A stretch of DNA of 63,985 nucleotides, counting the filler, from Intoshia linei (Eukaryota > Animalia > Orthonectida), in assembly GCA_001642005.1 (NCBI GenBank). It is 8 parts of 8 records of this genome, joined end to end, with 100 filler letters (N's around TTAATTAATTAA, not from the genome) between each part and the next. Parts side by side here need not be neighbours in the genome. Positions count along the whole stretch, not along the records: positions 19,651 to 36,435 come from LWCA01000849.1; positions 36,536 to 44,203 come from LWCA01001530.1; 6 more parts are not named here. One strand, 5' to 3'. Under the pieces are notes generated by a model. That model saw only the letters and a program-made list of their open reading frames with translations, was not told the DNA's origin and ran no database searches. Shown piece by piece: positions 25,760 through 39,500 of this stretch (the stretch's first letter is position 1; every line of letters begins with the position of its first letter). A program made the translations under genes and the position numbers.

Positions 25760-28249
25760 TTAAAATAGGCCACAATCTAAATAAATAATGTAAAAAGAAT
25801 AAAAAGGAGTACCCTTCAAGGCAGTGGATCTGATGGTATCTGTACAGGAGTCAAAAACAAATTCAATGTTTTTTGTGTCGGTGGCGCAGGTCAAATGAAC
25901 GTAAATTTGTTTCCGAGTATTCTGCTTGTCTCTAAGTTCAAGAAACATGTTTGTAAAAAACTCTGTGGCGTCGTCGAATGTGGTTCCTAAATCAAATTCA
26001 TTATTTACAATTTATTATATTAATATAATAAGTATTAGAATATTATGGGTATTAATAAATACCATTATAGTTTTCGTAAAAGGTTTTAATTGGCGATTTT
26101 TGGTATTTTTCTTTTAGCAAATCAATTTTATTCAAAAATAAAATGAGGGCAGTTTCGTGGAACCATTTATTTTTGATAATGGAATTAAATAATGACAAAC
26201 TTTCTGTCATGCGATTCTAAAATTAATGTCAATTAAAAATCTAATTATATAGTTTGTAGTGGTCTTAAACTTGGGTTATATCTACAATGTAAACTCTACA
26301 TTGGGGCTATTCCATTTTTTGAATATAAAAATGACATGTATAGAAAATGAGTGCAGCTCAATTTACTGCAGAATGATATTAATAGTTTTATCCAAAAAAA
26401 TGTCTTGAAATTTCCATTTTATGATTTCTCAGTTAGTATATTGACAGTTTTAATAATCCATTGTTGTGTTAATAAATTTAAATACAGTCAAACTGTTTAT
26501 GTTTAAATTGAGTTTATTTAAAATTAAAGAGTTTTTGAGGAATTTTATAACACTAATAAATGGAATTTACATATGGAATGGAATAAATGAAATATGTGTC
26601 GCCAACTAAAAATGGTTGGAAAGCACTGGCTTAATGGATCGTTCAATATCTAAAAATTAAAAATAACTGTTGGAAATGCATAGAACGTTAAATTATACGA
26701 TAATTTTTCGATAATATACTTGAGACATTTTCCAACACTGCCTATTAATAAATTAAAAAAGTAGGCCCGGGTCATATGGCCCCTAGTCCCTCTCCATGTC
26801 GCATCTATAATATTAAATATTTACCGTATGTCTATCTTCAGCCAAGTACATGTCATATTCGTTCAGGGCAGCTATAATAAGGTAAATAATCGTTAAATTT
26901 TATTTTTGAAAATATAAAATGGTGCCACACAATAGTATATGTCAATATTTATATTTTTAAACAAGAGAAATGTGAAGAAAAATTTCAGAAGTTTAATATA
27001 TATTTTTTAACACTATGCAATGCATAGTATGCATGTCATATACTTCACATGCAGTAGTTGCAAAATATAGAAATGCTAAGACACGCGTATTGTTAATTGA
27101 ATTTTTATCAATAAATTCAATCATAAGTTAAATTTAAATGACTATAAAAAAACTAATTATAATTAGTATTTACATATTAAACCATACATTAGAATTTACT
27201 ACATAGGTCACAAACAAGGTTAATCAATCAATAATAAGGATTCAATCTGATATTTATTTTGGTAATCAAACAATAAAAACGTAAATTTAAAGTTAAAATA
27301 ATGACATAGCGAATATAATGATTTACCAATAAATAAAATGGCTGAAACTCCCTCAAAGCAATGAATCCACTTTTTTCTTTCAGATCTTTGACCACCCACA
27401 TCAAATAATCTAAAAAGATACAAAAATACAATTAAAAACCAAAAAATAATAATAACAACATAGGTACCTGAAATTTAAATCATTATACGTAAATTTAATT
27501 TCAACAATTCCAGTAGTTTTAACCCGTGTTCTCAAAATATCGTTAATAGTTGGTAAATAATTTTCCTGGCCAATTCGATCAATGGAATTGAAATAACTGA
27601 AAGTGGTATAATTAACTAGATATAAAAATCTTACTATTCAGCCGAGTCATTTAATTGATATTGTGCGGATTTTTCAAAGCAATCTCTTAAACCTTTATCT
27701 TGCCATAACCGAAGCATGGCATTACGAAGATCGGATGATAAAAATTCTACAGACTCAATGCTACGAGATTCATTGAATAATAATTCTACATCACCCTAAA
27801 AAGTGAATCTTAAAGTCGATATTTAATTTTATTACCAGTCTAGATGGATGCTCAAAGTGTACATTTAATTCTCCCATAGCCCGTACCACGGTAATCATAC
27901 TCATGCACAGATTGTTGAAAACTATGGGACGATACATGCAAAGTTCTTTTTCAGTGTACCCAGTGTCATGGATAATTCTAAATTTCTTTTATACACATCA
28001 ACAATAGTCTCACTTGATTTGTTTGATGATGGTACTCTTGCCAGATTCTCCAGCACCTAAAATACTAAAATTAAAAATAAAATTAAACGGCTAAAATATC
28101 CTAGTAAATTAAAATTGATATATAAACTTACCCAACAATAAAAGTTTGACATCGCGGGAACCTTTTTTAATTTCATATTCAAGTTGCTTGTCAATCTTTT
28201 TAGACTTTAACCGCGATTGTTCCGAACGTCGTGAAAATGGACAACCCAT
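25760..28249 (-). CDS. Heterotrimeric G protein alpha subunit, Gi/o family
   Basis: MGC N-terminus, [64 protein letters not shown]-terminus is KDCGLF* after removing a 36-nt intron (25777-25812). Confidence 0.96.
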
Positions 28250-29163
28250 GTAAAATAAAAACTTTGAATCTATGTTAAAAATTTGTAAATAGAAAAAGTT
28301 AAATCTTTATTTAACGCATCAAATAAACATAAACATAAAAACGTACCTTGACAAATTAACTTCAAATTATCGCGCGAATTTTATTGATATAACAACAAAA
28401 TTTAATTTAGTATCAATATTGTTATCCTGTAGGCCTGGTTCCAAAAATGGAAAAATATGTAGTGGGTATCAAATTTTATATTTTTATTTGATTGTATGAA
28501 ATGTAAATATTGGTTAAATTATTTGCTGTGAAACATTTACCTTTATTTTACAAAGTTGGATTTTTTATTAATATTTTATACATTATCACAGTAAAATTTT
28601 TCAACTTTTTATTTACAACAATTTTAAAACATAAAAATTTTAAATTAAATTTAACTTTAACGTTGATTATTTATCATTTTTTATTTTCAATCTAAAGGTC
28701 TGCAAAAATAGTATTGAAATTTGTTACAGTTAATCTAAAATTGTGTTTATTTTCCATGACAATCTACTCAAACATTCAATACTGTTTATGAATTTACTAT
28801 TCTTAATCTGGATAGTTTTCAACCAACTAATGCTGTCAACATGTCAAGTTGATTATATAAATTACATAAAATTTGATGAAAATTATTTTTGTACAAATTT
28901 GAAATATTTTTTATGCAACACACACCAAGAAAAACCTGATCAACAAGATTATACTTTTGAACATGATTATATTAGCGATGAATCTATAACTTATTTTATA
29001 TTATTAATTCCCAACCTTACCTATTACATTTTTTTCTTTCAATTTATTTTACACATAATAAGAATGATGATAAAATTTAACTAGAAGCTAGGTAACAAAC
29101 TTTATTTGACTGTTTATGCCGAATATTATTTTTTTTACATTTTGATAATATAATTACACCACA

Positions 29164-29788
29164 ATGGAAAATTACAAGCTAGTTCATCAATTTAAATGCA
29201 ACCAAGGGGCTGTTAGAGCAGTCAATCACAATTGTATTTTTTAATGTTTTTAGTTTACTCAATTTTAGTCGATGGAAAGTATTGTTTGACGGCTGGTTCC
29301 AATACTACTATCAAACTATGGAACCATGAAAAGGGAAATTTACTTAAGACTTATTCTGGGCACGGACAAGATGTTATGGACGTTCGTGGTTCACGTGACA
29401 ATTCTAAAATTGTTTCTGCTTCTAAAGACAAAACAGTTTTTCTTTGGGATGTATTGACTGGTAAAAGTATCAAGAGATATCGTTATCATGCAGGTAGAAT
29501 TTTTTTTAATTTTTACCGTGTCTAATTTATTTTACTATCTAGCTTCCGTTAATAATGCTCAATTTAATTTTTATGATAATACCATCATATCTGCATCTGT
29601 TGATGCTTCCGTGGCTTTATGGGATTTACGAACCTCAAGTATGAAACCCATGTCCGTTATTAAAGATGCTAGAGATACAATCGTTTCGTTGGATGTTTAT
29701 GATACTATTATTTGCTACGGGTCGGCTGATGGGTGGGTTCGTATTAACGACATACGTATGGGTTTAATGATGGCTGATTGTATTGGAG
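29164..29788 (+). CDS. WDR83: WD repeat protein 83 (MORG1), 5' part; 3' exons probably lost at the N join at 30102
   Basis: CNQGAVRAV, DGKYCLTAGS..IKLWN..LLKTYSGHGQDVMD..S.DNSKI, S.KPM.VI.DARD, GSADG.VR..DIRMG; matches the WDR83 pattern. Confidence 0.85.
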
Positions 29789-30354
29789 GTATTGATAAAA
29801 CTGTTTTATTTTTATACGTGTAAATTTAATATAATCCTTCTAATTATACTTTCGGATTAATTTTCGGACCGTTAATTATTTCACATTTTTTGTTGTAATA
29901 AAATGCTTCGGAAAAAAAATATATGATTACTTAAATGCTTTTTTTACCGTGAAGTCGTCACTTATTCGAATTGAAATTCTTTATGTGTGTTAACAGGATA
30001 CAACTGTATCACCTGTAAATTTTTTGAAATTTTAGGGCTGTTTTCATTAAAAAAAGAGGGGTAATTTGGGGTTTTGGCCCTGAAGATATAATTTATTTAA
30101 ANAAAATTGGTGTGACTGTAGAAAACTTATAATACTATGCACATTCAATTCTATTCATACATATTGCAAAACGAGATTTATTAGTAATAAATTAAATAAA
30201 TTATTACAATATCAACAAAACTTTTGTAAATAATATTGATAGATTTGTGAAATAATGTAAACTTTACAAATTATTGTATGTATTAGTTTTATGCGAAAAC
30301 TTGAAAATTGAATATATTGAAATAAATTTACATTTTTTAACAAAGGATTAGCTA

Positions 30355-31703
30355 ATGAAAGGATTGGTTTTACAAATAATTTTGTTATATTTATCGCTGA
30401 ATGTTATTGTTGGTGAAAATGTTAAATGTGGTATGTTTTTTCAAATTTTATAATTATTTTCATACAAAAACTTTTTTTTATTTTATAATTCGGTATAAAG
30501 TGTGTTCAACTTTTTAAAAAAGATTTAATTTTTATTATTATTTTTAAATAATAAAATATATTACAGTTTTTTTTTTCAATTACTTGTTAGTAGTGATTGT
30601 GCCGGGAAAAAATTCCCTGGATATTTAATAATTTCCGGTAATTAAATTTCAAGATTCCCGGGATTTCCCGAAAAAAATTGAGACATACCTGTATTTGATT
30701 TATATTTGTTATTACTATGAAAATATGATTATAATATAATATTTAAAATTTACCATTTCAAAAATCTCCGCACTAATAAAATTTAATCAAAAATACCATT
30801 TCAAGCCCTCATGGTAAAATTGTCTTACACCGATATTCTTTTCAAAAATCCGATTTTAAAAAATATTATGAAAAAATCCCCTTCATCAAACCACAAATAA
30901 AAAATCTGATTTTCCAGCCCTCAATGGAAAAATTTCCTTTTTCAAATACTTTTTTAAAAACCTCTTATTCGAACCACAAATTACTAACGCTTAAGGGAAT
31001 TATCCTATTTTTCCGGTTTAATTTAATTTAAATTTTTAATTTTCCTGGAAATCACTACTTGTTAATACAAACTTGTTACTGTTACTCAATTTTATAAAGA
31101 ATCATTAAAAAAAAGTATGTTACTTTGTAAGATATTTTATTTTATGAAATAAAATAGAAAAATCGCCCCTAAAGGACAATTCGCCACCGTTAATAACCCA
31201 CTGTATAGAATGATAGAATTGAATTCCCCTACAATATAAATATATTTGTTATTTTATGGGATACACCATAATTATCGAAATCTATTTTTAATGAACTTAA
31301 TTTAACACAATTAAACGATGGTTGAACTGGTAATATAAATTATGTTTAAATTTTTTTTCGCTATAAAAATTCCCTACCGCATCTTATCCGAACCGACATG
31401 ACATTTTCCAGATTAATATTAATTTTTAGGTAAAACCTTGAACAACTGCACATCTAGCTGTGATTGTACTAATTTATGCACATTTCCACATTATGGCTAC
31501 AAATGTTTGGATGTTCATGTATAAAATAATCTATACCAGGTTTTTGAAACCTGGTATATTCCTGATAGTTTATATACTTTCTTTAGACGTCATTTAGCCC
31601 ATTTTGGTTTTTTATCACATCTATACCTGTAACAGCACTGGTTTGCTTTCTATACAACAGAATGCTTATATATCCATTTAAACAAAGATTGAAAATGCTG
31701 TAA
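30355..31703 (+). CDS. 93-aa type I membrane protein: signal peptide, 6-Cys EGF-like module, TM helix, short basic tail
   Basis: Exons 30355-30430, 31430-31518 and 31587-31703 have GT-AG sites and compatible phases (1, then 0). Protein: MKGLVLQIILLYLSLNVIVGENVKCGKTLNNCTSSCDCTNLCTFPHYGYKCLDVHTSFSPFWFFITSIPVTALVCFLYNRMLIYPFKQRLKML*. Absent from the ORF track. Confidence 0.7.
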
Positions 31704-31707
31704 TGTA

Positions 31708-34700
31708 TCATTTTATTAATAAATTTCTCAACATTTCGGACAATTTTTCGGCATCTTGTATAAATTTATCTATTCCTTCTTTAAGTTTGAATCCAGCCAT
31801 GTCATGATTGTATACATTGTCTGAAAAGCTTTTTTCGTTTATAGTCACCTTTGGAATATCCATTTCTTTAACTAAATTGAATTTAATGATGACCGTTTGA
31901 CGTAATTATTAATTCAAACTTAAAATTCTTTTATCATGAAATTTATTAGACATTATTTTAAGATAATTAATTATAAGTTATAAAATGACCTTAGTCATCA
32001 GTAATACGTAGTTAACTTTTTAGGATTCACGTTAAATTTTAAGATACATAACTTAAATTTTACCTTGCGTATCATCAAGATAAATTGTTGTATCGGGATT
32101 TTTCATTTCAGTTAATTCTTCCATCAGGTTGGGACTATATATTGATATTTTATTATGTATACTTATTATTTTGGAGTAATGATTCAAATTTATATTATCC
32201 TGTTGAAACATTTTTAATGTAAGATATTTAATTGTTTGGAAGTTAATACACATTATTATGTACTGATATAAGTATACTGGGTATATATTAGTTCCTAAAC
32301 CTGTGCAAATGATTTATTTTTGATTCGACTGAATTGTTATAAAAATTTTTCAGACAAAAATTCGATGAGGGTTTTAGAGTCATTATTTTTAGCATACGTA
32401 TCCCTATTAAACGTAAAAATGTATGTGTTTATCGTATTGGGATTACAGAAGATACTATATATGTTTCCCACCCTTGGTGTATACTAATTTGCCATCTCTT
32501 GGAAAGCAGCATGTATATTATACATTGTGTAAACTCAAAAATAAGTAAAAAATATAAAATACCTGATTGTCAACAAATCACACCCATTTAAAGCAATAAT
32601 CTGTTTAACATTTCTGAACGATGCACCCATAACCTGGGTTTTGATATTATGTTTCTTAAAGTAATAGAAAATTTCGGTAACACTAATGACTCCTAAAATA
32701 ATAATTATCATATAATTACATTGCATTAAATTCCTAATAGGGATATATAGTAGGATAATACACAATCTGAGCAACGATGAATAGTTTCTTAAATTAATTT
32801 TTATGGGTTTATAATAAACCCTTTCATTTAATAAAATATTAAATAAACGGAATAAGTATGCATATGTGTAATAATATTACACTGAAAAAACGATCTCACT
32901 AAAAAATATCACGTGTTTTTTTATATTTTGTAGTTAAAAAAATATCAAAGATTCTTTTAAAATTAGATATTATTGAGATATTTTAGTTTTAATAATTAAT
33001 AAATTTATTACTACTATCCAAAATGAAAAAATTAACAGTTAAGTTTAAATGAAAAAGTAAATTAAATCATTAATTTAAAAAAAAACGCGATAAAAATCAA
33101 TGCAATTTTTTGTGTGTGTATGTAAGTTTATGGTTCTCAAAATAAAATGGGACATTCCCAGATTGTCGTTAAAAAATTTTGTTTTTTGTATTTTCCGCCA
33201 AAATTTTTCGAAAACCATAAAAATCGTAACACCCAATTTTATTCCCAATAATATTACCCAATCATAACTATTTATATTTTCTTTCACCCAATTTTTAAAG
33301 ATTTTGAAGATCCTTAAAATATTAAAAATATTCCCTTAAAACCCTACAAAATTTTGGACCCAAAATTATTTTTAAAATTTTTAAAAATTGGATAAAAACG
33401 TTTTCACTTAAAGAAATCCACAAAAATGAATTTGATCAAAAAATGAATAATATTAAAATTAAAAACCATTTTTTCTAAATTCAGTATCCTTACTTATATG
33501 ATATGCTTTGTTTGTCGGTGTTATCGTTTATTTCAACCTCCCAAACTCACATCTTACGGATCAAAAAGACCAATTGTCCTTTTTTGAAAATCAAACGACT
33601 TCGAGAATTTAAAAAAATGAAGTAAAAAAAAGGTGGTACAGTTGTATCCTGTTAACACACAAAAAAAATTTCAATCTGAATAAAAGACGCCTTCGCGGTC
33701 AAAAAAGCATTTTAGTATTTATATACTTTTTTCCGAAATATTTTATTAACAAAAATGTGAAATAATTAATGGTCTGAAAATTAAAGCAAAGATTATTCTA
33801 ATAGAGCTTATTCCACTTGATATAAATACAAAATCTCAACTTCAGAAATCTACGCATTTCCGGTAAAAAATAATTTTTAATATATTATTATATTATTTTT
33901 TCTGGAATTTATGCTATTTATGACAATTTATAGGATTAGACTGTTTTTACTTTATTTTTAATATTATACACACATTCTGTCTAATTAATTATAAAAATGG
34001 GATGAAAATTGTTTTTAAACTTCTTTCCGAAAACGTTAACAAAATTAAGATGAAATAATTCAATTATTATATTCATTACCTTCATCATTTACTCCCTCTT
34101 TATTGTAATTGGGATCTTTAGATTTGTAGTAATCATATATTCTACCTACAAATGGTGAAACTAATGTAGCGCATGATTCTGCTGCAGCTATAGCCTTTAA
34201 CAGTTTTAAATTAACTAAACACATTTTACCTGATACTTTGAAAAGATTAAAGTCATATTGCAGTGCAAACCATGCTGATTTTCCAGTATCCTATAAAATA
34301 AATGAAACATTTATATTTTATAGCCTCCATTTTGACACCAAAATAAATAATACACAGTGTAGTTAGTAATTACTAATTAGCATAGTAATTTAAATAAAAA
34401 CTAAAAATCGTAAGATTCTATAAAATTTTCTTTCAGTTATAAATTTTTACTCTAAAAAATCATAGTTTTAATCACTGGAATTCACATCCTTGTCATCACA
34501 ATAAATAAAGTGATTTAGTGGTTTTTTTAGTTTTCAAGGGTCGCGATCAAAATTTATATAAATTTTAATGTGCACTGCACATTACAGTCTAAATATTTTA
34601 AAATCCTAGCTTTAGGTCGTCATTTTCAACAATTTCAAAAAATAACTTGGCAGCTTTCATCCCCTCCCATGTTGAACAAATTTTGAATAAAATTCTTTCC

Positions 34701-34933
34701 TTTTCAATTCCAACTTCTTGATACAATTCCATTACTTTCAAAACTTCATTAATGGATTTTTCTGTATCATACGAAAAGCTGAAATGGACAATATACATGT
34801 AATGGATAAGTTGACTAAAAATTACCCAGGATTTACTTCAGTTGATACTCTACCGGGTACAACATCCAATATTTCTTTTCCAAACAACACCACCACCTTT
34901 CTAAAAGCCCATTGCATTTGTTCGTCCAAATTG
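31708..34933 (-). CDS. TALDO1: Transaldolase, 5'-partial
   Basis: [30 protein letters not shown] (Schiff-base Lys), [53 protein letters not shown]-terminal exons not found before the gap at 36436. Confidence 0.93.
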
Positions 34934-35057
34934 CTAAACATTTAATTTTTTTAAATTTAAATTTATGATAATATTTATGATTTTAAAATCCGTATCAGCG
35001 TATATATTTTTTTAAATTCTCCAACTCGTTTGAATTTCAAAAAAATGGCAATTGGGG

Positions 35058-35284
35058 TTTTTGACCCGTAAGATGTGAGTTTAGGAGGTTGAAATTTATC
35101 TTATTATATGCCCCGAAAAAAACTGTAATTGAAACGTGGTCTTTAAAAAATTCTAAGAGTGGTAGTTATTTCAATAAAGTTTTTGACCCGTAAGATGTGA
35201 AATTGGGAGGTTGAAATTTATCTTATTATACGGTTTTTGACCCTTAAGATGTGAAATTGGGAGGTTGAAATTTATCTTATTATA
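35058..35284 (+). repeat. Three local copies of a ~50-nt unit within a dispersed repeat
   Basis: ttttgacccgtaagatgtga..ggaggttgaaatttatcttattata occurs three times; the copy at ~43450 has it once. Confidence 0.75.
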
Positions 35285-36535
35285 CGCGGAAAAAACTGGA
35301 ATAGAAATGTGAACTTAATAAAATTCTAAAACTAGTAGTTATTGAAATAAAGTAGAACACACACACAAACAAATATTACGTACTACGCAATCCGTAGGGT
35401 GCCAACTGCGTTATTTCCCCCTGAGACTTCGGGTTTTCAAATACAATTCAGGGCTCAGGGTTAAGTGATATTTCTCAAGGTAATTTAATTATTTCAATCA
35501 AAATCATCAGAACAAACATATTTTATTTATATATATTTAAGGTGTAAGTTTTTGCAATTTTTTTCAAAAATGCAAAAGTACACCCACACACGTTAAGGAG
35601 CCGGTTGAGTAGTACACAATTAAAAAAAATATTAAAAAAGATTAAAAAAAACGTTATGGCTAAGCACATCAAAATTTAAATAATTGAACATTATTATCAT
35701 ATTTCATATAGTAAATTTCATAGTTATGAATAATCGTCATAACAATTAATTTTTAATTTTCTTGAAATTGGTTAAATTGAAGTTTATCAACAGAATCTAA
35801 ATAATTATCAAATCAGCATTTATGCTTCGCTACAATGTACGATTGTGCATTTTTTGAAACTAATAATATAAGAATTGATCAATGGTAACCAATTTGAAAT
35901 TAATTTTTCATATAATACGAAGATATATTTATTTTTTTGAAATTTTGTAATTTTAATTTTACAGCATTTTAATATTTTTCAATTGACTTTCTAAATATTA
36001 TAATGTACATATTAGATTTATTGTTTTGTAATGCATACAAACGTGGATAGCTCGATTGAGGCCTCATATTTTCATTTCGAATTTTTTAATATTATAATAT
36101 TGAAGTTTCAACTGATATGAATAGAATTGAAAATAATGAATAAAATTAAGGTTTATCAATTTTAATAAGTTCGATTCGTTACTTTAGTTAAAAGGAATAT
36201 TTGTAGATTATAAAGGTGCTACAATGAACCCCTATATGAATTACAAGTGATTTCCCAATTAGTTTTTACTCCTTTTTAAATATTGGAATATTCAAACAAC
36301 CAATAAAAAATTTTGAATAAAATTGGGTTAAACTTGAGACGATCGACAAATTTTTATTAACATAATACTAATAAAATAATTTAATTGCCAGTCTAGTACA
36401 GTATATAATAAACAAATATCATTATGAAAAAGATTNNNNNNNNNNNNNNNNNNNNNNNNNNNNNNNNNNNNNNNNNNNNTTAATTAATTAANNNNNNNNN
36501 NNNNNNNNNNNNNNNNNNNNNNNNNNNNNNNNNNN

Positions 36536-39500
36536 CTACAATGCACCCAAAGGAATATATAGAGATTGCATTCGATTATCTTAGCTTTTCTAATCAGTTG
36601 GATGTAAAGTACGAATTAATCAAAGTTTTCCATTCAGTTACAAACAGAATAGTCAACAATCGTTTATTGAATCTCAAAAATATCAAATTTGTCATTTGTA
36701 TAAATCATCGTGTTTTGATTGAAACAATTTTATTGTCTATTGGTGTAACGCGAACTAATGTTTTGTCTTTTTTTAAAGAAATTTCAATTTTGTCAACTCA
36801 CTATACCTCTGTTTTGAAAAATGTTATTAGGGACAAGTTTAAATTTTTGAATATTTCTGATGATAAATTTCAACAATTTATAAATTGTATTTATCAAAAA
36901 ATTGATATTTCAGCTATTGATGAAACGAAATCTGGCGAAAGTGAAAATTCTCGACATGATTGTTTAAATTATGTCAACTTTGACGCCATCAATTTTTTTA
37001 AAAAATTATTTGCTGAAAATTCTAAACTAGGGAGTGTCTTTTTTGATACACTCAGAGAGGTTGTCGATAATATTATTTTTTATCAAATCTATTTTCAAAG
37101 TTTTAGTTTTAAAATTTCTTTAAATATGTTTTATAATTGTCACCTGTATTCGAAATTTTTCTTTCAAATTTTGTATGTTAATTCAAGTCAAGATGATTCT
37201 CGTGTTTTTGCATCTGGTGGAATGTACGAACAGTTGGTAATTCATTTTAATATTTAAAATTTTATTTTTATTTTAAATTTATCACAGAAAATAGTTATGA
37301 TATTCAAGAATATATATTTTTAAAGGCTTAATTTTGAAAAACGAGGCAATTCGAACAATCGAGATTAATCGTGGAGGTCTCGAAATCAGGGTCGTGGAGG
37401 GTAGCAGTAACCGGGTCAGATAGAAATTGTAGGCCCTATCAATTTTTTTAAAATTGAAACGTCTATACATTGTTTAGTCGGTCGTTTATTCCCTAAAAAT
37501 GAATTTGAAAATATCTGAATTATTTTATTTTATTATTACGTAATTTTAAATTTAAAATGTATTGTTTCATAAAATAAATATTACTTATGATTTATTTTAG
37601 TGTTATGTCTCAAAAAAATACACATGTCTGGATTTAAAGCAAAAATGGCTATAATTAAAAAAGTTTTTAAGGGTATAAAAAAATATATAATTGTTGAAGA
37701 ATTTGGTGTAGTCCCCAGTGGTATATCATATATTATAAAAAATAAGGAAGCAATTATGTCTAGGGTTAGTTCTTTAACTCCTACAACTTTAAAATCTACT
37801 AAAATTAGAGCTGTAAAGCAGGATAAAGTTGAGAAATCAGTACTAACCTTTTTTAATTTGGCGAGAAGTCAAAATATACCCGTTTCTGGGGCAATTTTAA
37901 GGCAAAAAGCATTAACATATGCAAAAAAACTAAATATTACTGACTTTAACGCCAGTCATGGATGGTTAACGAAATTTAGACGAAGAAACAACATTTCATT
38001 TAAAAAAATATGTGGAGAAAAAAAGTCAGTAAATACAGAATTTTGTTAAGATTGGAAAGACAATATTCTTAAACCACTAGTCCAAGATTATAGTGCTAAA
38101 AATGTTTTTAATGCGGACGAATTCGCTCTATATTACGAATGTCTACCTGATAAAACAATGGAATATAAGAAACATCAATGTTTTGGGTCAAAATCAAGGT
38201 AAGAATTGCAGCAATAAGTTTGTTTAGTGTTATGAATGGGAAAGTTTCTTTTAGTTGTATATTTATCACTTGGTCATTTTTATTTTGTGCACTTTCTCTA
38301 TATAGCATGATTAAAAAGTTTATAGTAAAACCCAACTTCAAATGAAGAGGTGAAAGTATTTTTGAAATATTGACAAGTGGTTCTTTTAAAAAATTAAATT
38401 TATTTATTGCGTTATAACCAGTCCTTTCTGGCCAATTCCTTTTACTAAAATGATTGATTCTTTCTCTCGAATTAAAATGGCATTTAAAACCGAGTATTTA
38501 CAATTTCCTCCTTGTATTCCTGTTAAAATACTAACAACTTTAATATTGCAGCATAGCATCCATTTGTAGTCATAATATTTAATGCAATGTAAAACCCTTT
38601 TAAATAAATCGTAAGTTTCCTTTATTCTTACTCCATACGTTAACGGGATAATTGGGTATTTTCGAACTGAGTCTATTAATATTGCTTTAAAGCTTTTTGT
38701 GGAACAGTCCATGAATAAATACCAATCATTACTGATATAATTTATTTTTAGTTTGTTTAACAATCGATTAAAATTAGATACATGCACAATATCCACATTT
38801 CTTTCGAAATATGAAGCAAATTTATAATTTCTTTTTCGATGTGATGTGCTCAATACTTGGCCATCAGTAAGGTTTCTCTTTTTGAAAAAACCTGCAAGAA
38901 CTTCAGATTTATTTTTGAGTAATTTTAATTCTACAACCTACCTATCTAAATCGCTTTGACATGGTTTTCTAGTGTCTTGATTATAACTAGGGTCTAAGAT
39001 ACTAGAAGAACATGATGCTACTTTCCTGAAAATGTTTACTAAATTTTTCGTTTTCAGATTTTTTTAATTGCTTTTGTTGAAGATAGCATTTCAGAATATT
39101 GTTCATATTTTGATTGACGTTGAAAATTCATATTGGATTTATTAATATAACAAAAATTACAACTAATTTTTTAACTGGTTGTGACCATGTCCGTGGTTTA
39201 AGAAATCTAGCTTCACCTGATTTGGTTCTCCTGTAACAAGTCAGGCATATAAACTTGGGTGTCCACGATGATTCAAAATTATGAAAATTTCATATCATCG
39301 TCTGAGATCTTGATTACATGCAAGATTAACTTTTTTTTACTTTTTAATAACAGAATGCCACACATATTGCAAATATTACTTAAAACAAAATTACAAAAGT
39401 GTATGTTGAATAAATATGGATAAGATAATGAATGTGATATTAATTTGATTAAGTTTATTTGCAATGTTCACAGAAATTTAGCATAGTAATTGAATATTAA

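Noticed and set aside
28510-29084. F/I/L/N/K-rich ORFs between the divergent G-alpha and WDR83 starts; also 3201, 20507, 33075, 43269 and 47949
   Set aside because: Composition expected from AT-rich non-coding or repeat DNA; mostly non-ATG starts and no motifs.
29788-31703. WDR83 spliced onto the Cys-rich/TM exons as a fusion protein
   Set aside because: Phase fits, but an N join at 30102 intervenes and a dedicated signal-peptide exon at 30355-30430 explains the downstream exons better.
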